Positions 57,658-64,000 of a stretch of 64,000 bases of DNA are shown in pieces. Position 1 is the stretch's first letter; each line of letters opens with the position of its first letter. The stretch lies in IMG/VR virus record IMGVR_UViG_3300035158_000183, positions 110,035 to 174,034 of that record; one strand, written 5' to 3'. The position numbers and the translations under genes are program-made. The stretch is from a virus. The notes beneath the pieces were generated by a model. The model worked only from the letters and a program-made list of their open reading frames with translations. It had not been told where the DNA came from and did no database searches.

Positions 57658-57820
57658 ATGTTCTTGCGGGTCTGGCGAATACCCGCACCCACTATATGAT
57701 GGATACAATATCTTCCTAACCTATGCTTGTAGCAAGTGTGAGGAGGAGAAGTTAAGTAAGTTTCGTCCAGATATCCTGGACCATTATGAGTGCGACGAAC
57801 CCATCGAACCGGAGAAGTAA
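57647..57820 (+). CDS. Small Cys-containing protein
   Basis: CSCGSG...CSKCE. Confidence 0.6.
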   Translation: MLNECSCGSGEYPHPLYDGYNIFLTYACSKCEEEKLSKFRPDILDHYECDEPIEPEK

Positions 57821-57944
57821 ACGGCCCGCACGGAACCACAGATATGTGTGGGTGAGAGAGCACTCTTTAAACTACACGCGATGACCATAACTGTGACAGC
57901 CTGCTGAAGAGCCGGCTATATCCCTGACTTTCAAAGGAGAAGTC

Positions 57945-58679
57945 ATGAAAGACACAATCATTATCGACGGTAAAGAGTATGTTGCAAAGGAGTTCTACGA
58001 TAAACGGATTGGAGAAGCCGTTGATAGGTTCCTGAGCGACGTGACTGACGTACTAGCCGATAGGAAGAGGACGGTCAAGCCCCATATTCAGCCTAAGGCC
58101 AAGGCTAGGAAGAAACCAGCCAGGAAACATAAACACTCACAGTCTCACTATTCCCCAAGGCTTAGCGAGGACCAGCTTGCCAACGCCCTCACTGGCAGGT
58201 TTGGCGCTAGGCCATTTACCCCAGCCGATGCGAGTAAAGCCCTTGGGAGGAATAGGCCAGCACTACTTGTACGGCTGAAGAGGCTCCAGGATAACGGTAT
58301 GGCCAACTGCATTGCCGAAGGTGCCGGCCGCCAGCATTCAGTCTGGCAAATGACTGCAGAACTGACACAAGGCTCAGGTAGATACCCAGTAACGCCATTG
58401 CTGCCCAAGATATGCTCAACCATCCGCAAGGATATGCAAGACAGGGGCATCCACAAGGCCAGCGTCACGGAACCAGTAGAAGAGGCTCTAACACTAGCAG
58501 GCTACCCAACTAATAGGACCAAGGGTATTGCCATCCGGCAGCTACTCAAAAAGCCGGACATTGCATCCAGGTACGGTCTTACCTTCACCAAGGATAAGAA
58601 GGAGGGTGTAGTCGCAGTTCTGGGCCTTCCCAGTAATGCAGACCTATCACCATCTATCCCCCGGGCCAAGAAGGTTTAG
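57945..58679 (+). CDS. Probable winged-HTH DNA-binding protein
   Basis: FTPADASKALGRNRPALLVRLKRLQDNG. Confidence 0.55.
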   Translation: MKDTIIIDGKEYVAKEFYDKRIGEAVDRFLSDVTDVLADRKRTVKPHIQPKAKARKKPARKHKHSQSHYSPRLSEDQLANALTGRFGARPFTPADASKALGRNRPALLVRLKRLQDNGMANCIAEGAGRQHSVWQMTAELTQGSGRYPVTPLLPKICSTIRKDMQDRGIHKASVTEPVEEALTLAGYPTNRTKGIAIRQLLKKPDIASRYGLTFTKDKKEGVVAVLGLPSNADLSPSIPRAKKV

Positions 58680-58714
58680 GTGGATAGTTAATAGCTCAAG
58701 CTAAAGGAGGTAGT

Positions 58715-59059
58715 ATGAGCAAACTGATAGCCCAAATGAAGCGTCTCTTCAGTGGCATCTGGAGGGTAACCTCCGGCGCTGCACGCAAAGCCACCAATGG
58801 GACCAACACCGCCGTGAAGGCAGTAGGATCTGGCTTAGCCTGGTTAGGCACGTCAATCCTATTCGTAGCACTGCTAATCTGTATCACGCTGGCCGCAGTT
58901 CCAGCCGGTATATTCAGCTTCGCAAAGCTGAAACCCGAAACGCAGGAACAGAGTGTCGCTGGAGTGAAGAAACCTGAGGCCGAAACTGTCGAGGACTCGG
59001 GGGTTGCTAACCCAAAACCCGACAGTAAACCTGCCAAGGATGATAAGGCAACGGGATGA
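58715..59059 (+). CDS. Membrane protein
   Basis: AAGGAGG SD; TM segment. Confidence 0.65.
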   Translation: MSKLIAQMKRLFSGIWRVTSGAARKATNGTNTAVKAVGSGLAWLGTSILFVALLICITLAAVPAGIFSFAKLKPETQEQSVAGVKKPEAETVEDSGVANPKPDSKPAKDDKATG

Positions 59060-59409
59060 AGAGGCTACTCCGAAAGCTTGTCCGGAAGTGCTCCAACTTC
59101 ACCAGAGGCGTACTTCTGGTATTTGGCCGCCTGCTCGGAATCAAGAGGGACGGCCCTCATCGGTACGACACAGGTCAGCTGACTACAGCCGCATGGATAT
59201 TCTTCCTCGGCATACCAATCGGCCTGATACTGACAGGAACAGAGTTCCCACTATGGATCTGGGCAGCCATCGTACTGGGAGTCCTAGCAATCTCAAACGC
59301 GGACCCAGCCATGATGTTGGTAGCCAGGATAGCAGAGGATGGCGTAGATGGCGTGGTAGAGGAGGAAGAACCACGAGTGATACCAGGACCAGGAGACAGC
59401 TATGCATGA
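59056..59409 (+). CDS. Membrane protein, paralog of 55892..56392
   Basis: MKRLL...IFFLGIPIGL...IWAA. Confidence 0.7.
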   Translation: MKRLLRKLVRKCSNFTRGVLLVFGRLLGIKRDGPHRYDTGQLTTAAWIFFLGIPIGLILTGTEFPLWIWAAIVLGVLAISNADPAMMLVARIAEDGVDGVVEEEEPRVIPGPGDSYA

Positions 59410-59614
59410 ATTAGCAACCCTATACCTAACACTCGGTGTTATCACCGCCCTATTCATGGGATATATTGCCACCGAGGGCGGCACGAAACCACGCCAGCAT
59501 TCAACCCTGACCTACATACTTGTGGTGTTAGCCTGGTGGATGGTAATCGCAATGGTTGCTACCATCCGGTGGAAACGCAAGAGGAAGGAGAAGAAACAAG
59601 CAGGTGAGGCCTGA
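59402..59614 (+). CDS. Small two-TM protein
   Basis: Two hydrophobic segments and a basic tail. Confidence 0.65.
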   Translation: MHELATLYLTLGVITALFMGYIATEGGTKPRQHSTLTYILVVLAWWMVIAMVATIRWKRKRKEKKQAGEA

Positions 59615-59695
59615 TAGTTATTTGTTTTTCTGATGTACTCGATGAAATCCAGAGAGTGTTGAGTGGGGTGATCCCACCAACCAAAGGAGGACGAA

Positions 59696-60313
59696 ATGGA
59701 TATTGAACTTGTAGGCGTTATCGGCAACAAGGGGATGAAACCCCGGATAACCTGGGACTGGCGCAAGCGGCAGGGCAAAACTGTCAAGGCGCCGTTCATC
59801 AGGTTCTCCATGTTCGTCGAGGACAAAACCAAGGCCCCGGATAGAACCACGGGCCGTAGACCCAGGGAAGTCTGGCAGGTCATCTTGCCGGAAACCCAGC
59901 GTGGCCAGAAACTCTTTGAGTATCTCAGGCCAGGCCGGCAGGTATTCGTGCGGGGGCGTGCAACCCTAGCTCCAGGCGTCGGAACCAACTCCGAGGGCCA
60001 GCAGCAGATGTACGCCAATGCCAAGTGCTACATGGGCGAGATCCAGTTCCTGGATTCACCGCCAGAGCGCGTGGCAGAGCGGATGCTCCGCACCATGCAC
60101 GAGGACATGAAAATCATCGACGATGACCAGCATAAGGCAATGTCCGACTCCGTGACGAACTACTATCGCAGGCTGGACGAGGAGGACCCGCCTCGCATCA
60201 TCGAGGACCGGACCACCACAGAAGCCAGCGACAGGGCACCGGAAGAGGTCGACAACGACCCAGACCCGGATGCACCGGAGTTCCCGGATGGCGTTGACGA
60301 CGACCCCATCTAG
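59696..60313 (+). CDS. ssb: Single-stranded DNA-binding protein (divergent)
   Basis: IELVGVIG...RFSM...YLRPGRQVFVRGR...IQFL; acidic tail ending DDDPI. Confidence 0.78.
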   Translation: MDIELVGVIGNKGMKPRITWDWRKRQGKTVKAPFIRFSMFVEDKTKAPDRTTGRRPREVWQVILPETQRGQKLFEYLRPGRQVFVRGRATLAPGVGTNSEGQQQMYANAKCYMGEIQFLDSPPERVAERMLRTMHEDMKIIDDDQHKAMSDSVTNYYRRLDEEDPPRIIEDRTTTEASDRAPEEVDNDPDPDAPEFPDGVDDDPI

Positions 60314-60333
60314 CTCACAACTGCTTCTCCATT

Positions 60334-60396
60334 GTGGGAGGGGCTGTAGGGTAAGGACAAGTCATCTCGGCGTCATAACTCTACAGCCTCTCCCGC
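60334..60396 (+). promoter_or_regulatory. 19-bp stem-loop between ssb and the HTH gene
   Basis: GTGGGAGGGGCTGTAGGGT/ACTCTACAGCCTCTCCCGC; 3 G-U pairs; 25-nt loop. Confidence 0.65.
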
Positions 60397-60421
60397 TCCT
60401 TCCCAACAGAAGGCACTACTA

Positions 60422-60685
60422 ATGGGCAGCCTCTATACCATGAAAACTTTCAGTCTACGTCGAGCCATGCAAGATGCCGGGCTTAACTGTTCACAGTTGA
60501 GCCGGAAAGCAGGCATAAGCCGTTCAACTATTAGCAACCTCATGCGTGGCAAGTGCGATGAGGTAAGAGAGGAGACACTCCGGAAGCTGTCTAAAGCCCT
60601 GGGGCTTCAGCCCAACCATTTGGTAGGTTACTTAGGTAAACGTAAGCTCAAGGCTTTATTCGGTGACGATGACATCAAATTCTGA
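60422..60685 (+). CDS. XRE-family HTH regulator
   Basis: LRRAMQDAGLNCSQLSRKAGISRSTISNL...TLRKLSKALG. Confidence 0.88.
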   Translation: MGSLYTMKTFSLRRAMQDAGLNCSQLSRKAGISRSTISNLMRGKCDEVREETLRKLSKALGLQPNHLVGYLGKRKLKALFGDDDIKF

Positions 60686-60711
60686 CATGTGACAACAGAA
60701 AGAGGGGCAAC

Positions 60712-62934
60712 ATGTCACACACACGCAAGCGCATCTGGACGAAACGTGGCTGGCAAGATATACCAGTTACGGGAGAAGACCTAGAACGACTCATGTCTCC
60801 CCGGGCTCGTAGGTCGTCATACGAGGAAATCCCGGAGAGCACAGCACCGCCAAGTGAGATGAGCTTGGTACAGGAGGCACACAACGCAATACAAGTCGAG
60901 CCTATTGGATCCAAGCTTGACGAGTTGCCGGGGCCGCTGAGGGATATAGTCTCACAGCCTGACGAATGGCACATAGTCAACAACAAGCTATTCAGAGTTG
61001 TAGACGAAATCACACAGGTTGTGGAACGGAAACACTGGGGCTCAGACAAGGATGATGCCGATGCCGACCCATTGGCCACGCCTGACACCACCAGCAGGCT
61101 CTTCTTGGAGGAGCTAGGGCTGGTCTATCCTGAAGCCACGAGCACGGAGATTACTGACATCCTGGGGTCCGCAGCAGCTGCCGATGGCGGCTACCAGGTG
61201 TATGACACTTCTCAGGGCACACGGGTAGACGTAGACCCATCCCACATATCCATTGTACCCGGTGGAGCATTCTTCGACGAAGACGTGGAAGCCGGCTACA
61301 GCGGCCATGATCACAACGAGATCGTGATGCAACGTGGCCTGAAGACGTTCACAGCCAACATGCCCGACCTGCCGGATGAGGCATACGCGAAACTAGCCGA
61401 AATCAAAGACGAATATGATGCTCTTATAGCCAGGGTCAAGGATGACAAGGAGCTGGAACTGCTATACGTCATGTTTGAGCAGGCTCTGGACAGGGTGATC
61501 AACCCATACCTGACGCTAGCGCTCAATTCACCCTACTGTGGCAGAGGCTACTCAGCTCCCCAGCGGGAGCACATATTCATCAATACTCCCCAGGTATTCC
61601 CAGCCAGCGAGGCAGCAGACGAGAGAGAACGGTTCTTCTACCAACTGATAGGTGAGGCAGGCTCATGCTCGAACTGGAATGACCTCTTCGGGCCACGCCT
61701 AACCACCAGGACTGTAGGACCTGATGGCAACGACCTGATCAGTACAACAAGGCCTGGAGGCTTCTTCGGGAAAGTACGCGGGATGTATGCCCATGATAAG
61801 GAGCTTAGCAATAAGTGGGGCCTAGTCGACCGGTACGACAAGGATGGCAACCTAGTACAGGAGTCAGCCTTCACCAAGGAACGGAAACAGTTCATCCGCC
61901 AGTACAGAGAGCAGAACAAGGGTGACGAAGAGGCTCTCAGGATTGCAGTCTGGGTGTGGTTCGACCGGATAGCCGGAGAAATCCCTGCTGTATACGACGG
62001 AGATGAGCTGGTACAACCGCGTAGGCGATTCAGGGACAGCATCTGGCGGCAGCGAAGGACCAAGGCCCTACAGGACCTGTTCCTCAAGCGCAGGCACTGG
62101 GACGCCATCTACGACATGCTAGGCGTAGTAAAGCAGCGGCTCCAGCTGTCCAAGAATCCTACTGAGGAGCGCCGGGACACACTTAAGAAGCTCGCCAAGT
62201 ACTTCCGGAAGGTCCAGTCATTATCCGACCTGAAGAGGTACATGGCATGGGCCCAGAAGCGCAGGGTAACCAGGACACGTGAGGCCGTAGACTGTAGTCA
62301 GTGCCGACAGCGGAGGCTATTCAGGCTACAGAGTGGCAACCGCACAGAGCTATGCATGGCCGCCGCAGGACCTGACGGATGGCAGATGCCACTGGACATA
62401 CTGCTCAGCAGGAAAGACCTGAAGTGCGCCCGGAAGAACCGAGGCGGAAAGTGCAAGAATTACCAGCCGTTCCAGAGGGCTCAGGACTGCACAGTAATAC
62501 CTAGCCTGCTAGACAGAGTATCAGTTAATGACGAGTATCTCTGGAAGAAGTCCTGCACCAAGAAGGAACGCTATCTGCTGGGCCGACTCCAGCTATTCGC
62601 AGCTCTCCACGAACAGGTCAAGTCTAACGAGCCTACTGACCTGGAGGATATCTCCATAACCTGCCCATACCTGACAAAGGAACGACACCAGGATGGCCGT
62701 GAGTATACTGTACCATGTGACTGTATGGCTACAGGCCAGCCGGAATTCTTCGAGCTGGATAATAACAGAGGCCTGCTGGGCATCCGGTGCGATGGCTGTA
62801 ATAAGATCGTCTGGCTATTACACCATAAGGAGAGTCCTGAGCTACTGACAAAGAGTGAACTGGCCGGAAGGTTCCATGTGGAAGGAGAAGACGGATGGAC
62901 ATTGGAATTATCACTCCCAAAGGATGGAGAATAG
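60712..62934 (+). CDS. Large hypothetical protein with C-terminal Cys motifs (740 aa)
   Basis: Long ORF; CSQC, CPY...CDC...CDGC. Confidence 0.75.
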   Translation: MSHTRKRIWTKRGWQDIPVTGEDLERLMSPRARRSSYEEIPESTAPPSEMSLVQEAHNAIQVEPIGSKLDELPGPLRDIVSQPDEWHIVNNKLFRVVDEITQVVERKHWGSDKDDADADPLATPDTTSRLFLEELGLVYPEATSTEITDILGSAAAADGGYQVYDTSQGTRVDVDPSHISIVPGGAFFDEDVEAGYSGHDHNEIVMQRGLKTFTANMPDLPDEAYAKLAEIKDEYDALIARVKDDKELELLYVMFEQALDRVINPYLTLALNSPYCGRGYSAPQREHIFINTPQVFPASEAADERERFFYQLIGEAGSCSNWNDLFGPRLTTRTVGPDGNDLISTTRPGGFFGKVRGMYAHDKELSNKWGLVDRYDKDGNLVQESAFTKERKQFIRQYREQNKGDEEALRIAVWVWFDRIAGEIPAVYDGDELVQPRRRFRDSIWRQRRTKALQDLFLKRRHWDAIYDMLGVVKQRLQLSKNPTEERRDTLKKLAKYFRKVQSLSDLKRYMAWAQKRRVTRTREAVDCSQCRQRRLFRLQSGNRTELCMAAAGPDGWQMPLDILLSRKDLKCARKNRGGKCKNYQPFQRAQDCTVIPSLLDRVSVNDEYLWKKSCTKKERYLLGRLQLFAALHEQVKSNEPTDLEDISITCPYLTKERHQDGREYTVPCDCMATGQPEFFELDNNRGLLGIRCDGCNKIVWLLHHKESPELLTKSELAGRFHVEGEDGWTLELSLPKDGE

Positions 62935-63428
62935 ATCCAGGCCGTGGGGTACCAATACCACTGGTCATTACCCATGGCGCCGAACACAACAGGATCAAGT
63001 TCTTCCCACTCCTCGCCGCTCAACCATTCGATGATGAGATGGATAACATCGGGAAGACTGTCCTCATAACCGGCAAGGAGTACGTGATTAACAACAGGAG
63101 GTATGACCTCAGCTCAGGCTATGCCCTTGAAGCCTGGCTACTACCGCAAGGTACACTAATCCCTAAGCTAAGACGGTCAACAGGCCGTGAGGCCGACATC
63201 ATTCGTGATGAACACGGATTCCCAGCAAATGGATATTGGCCCGTGGTCAAACGAGTATGGGAAGACGAGCCAGAACCAGCTGAGGAGCCCTCCGCCCAAC
63301 CGCCAACACCTAACGACTTCATTGAACAGGCTATGGACGTACTATCCGAACTTACAGACATATCGGAATCATTCAACCTAGATGACAATGACGAAGAGGC
63401 TGAAGACACAGAACCAGGGCCGGAATAA
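62895..63428 (+). CDS. Hypothetical protein with acidic tail
   Basis: 177-aa ORF. Confidence 0.6.
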   Translation: MDIGIITPKGWRIDPGRGVPIPLVITHGAEHNRIKFFPLLAAQPFDDEMDNIGKTVLITGKEYVINNRRYDLSSGYALEAWLLPQGTLIPKLRRSTGREADIIRDEHGFPANGYWPVVKRVWEDEPEPAEEPSAQPPTPNDFIEQAMDVLSELTDISESFNLDDNDEEAEDTEPGPE

Positions 63429-63553
63429 TGGTGTTCTCCCTGTAAGACATTACCTCTTGGGTGGTTACACTTTCCTGTTGCCCCTCGATAGGTGCCACCC
63501 AGCCCACCTGGGTACGTGGGTCCAGTAAACTGCCCAACCTATAAGGAGAACAC

Positions 63554-63898
63554 ATGGCCTCCAAGCAGAAGCTAATATTGGAGTTCGAGAATGGCCACCT
63601 ACGGAAGTGGACTGTTAAGGGCTGGCCGCCACCAGGCGAGCCTGATGCACTTAAAGACATACGGTCCAGGCTGTCCAAGCTCGAGGCCGACTGGGGAAGT
63701 GCAATGTGCCTCCTCAGCATGGCCATACCACGGATAATACGGCAGAACGAGCACCACAAAGACCTGGACGACTTCGACTGCCATATGCTGTTTTTGAAGA
63801 ACTCAGGAGCAGTCGAGCAGGCCTTGGCCCAGCTCCTGAGGACGCAGAAAGACGAAAACGGCTTGCCCATAGCTCCTAACGGGAGTATAGTCAATTGA
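63554..63898 (+). CDS. Hypothetical protein
   Basis: AAGGAG SD. Confidence 0.65.
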   Translation: MASKQKLILEFENGHLRKWTVKGWPPPGEPDALKDIRSRLSKLEADWGSAMCLLSMAIPRIIRQNEHHKDLDDFDCHMLFLKNSGAVEQALAQLLRTQKDENGLPIAPNGSIVN

Positions 63899-63901
63899 TT
63901 G

Positions 63902-63977
63902 CCGGGTGTAGCGTAGCCTGGCTTAACGCGGGTGCCTTGGGTGCATCAGAACGGGGATTCGAATCCCTCCACCCAGA
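63902..63977 (+). tRNA. trnP: tRNA-Pro(TGG), imperfect stems, no encoded CCA
   Basis: Full cloverleaf: D stem GCGT/ACGC, anticodon arm GGTGC-CTTGGGT-GCATC, T-loop TTCGAAT; one C-A mismatch each in the acceptor and T stems. Confidence 0.8.
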
Positions 63978-64000
63978 TAGGGAAGATCATGACTGATAAA

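Noticed and set aside
57895-57935. CTGAAGAG as a hammerhead ribozyme core
   Set aside because: No GAAA partner or three-stem arrangement.

Overview
A 64-kb segment of a large (probably jumbo) contractile-tailed dsDNA phage genome with two divergent arms. Bases 1-43.3 kb (minus strand) are a late/virion operon: REC-domain membrane protein, GroES, an ATPase-only terminase paralog, a 1638-aa multi-enzyme protein, Gly-rich membrane proteins, terminase, portal, protease/scaffold, capsid, neck, sheath, three tube paralogs, two chaperones and a tape-measure-like giant. Four LAGLIDADG inteins lie in structural genes: three in the giant protein and one in the portal. Bases 44.4-64 kb (plus strand) are small early-type genes: NADAR, a SLOG pseudogene, SRAP-like, SSB, HTH, membrane proteins and tRNA-Pro. 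Best novel candidates: (1) a 'beads-on-a-string' protein in which exonuclease, zincin, Cas4-like nuclease and kinase domains are separated by five copies of a ~26-aa linker ending FGSG(Y/W); (2) truncated tRNA-like elements, each followed by a tetraloop hairpin and Shine-Dalgarno, between the first plus-strand genes. All family calls come from motifs read by eye; no database search was run.
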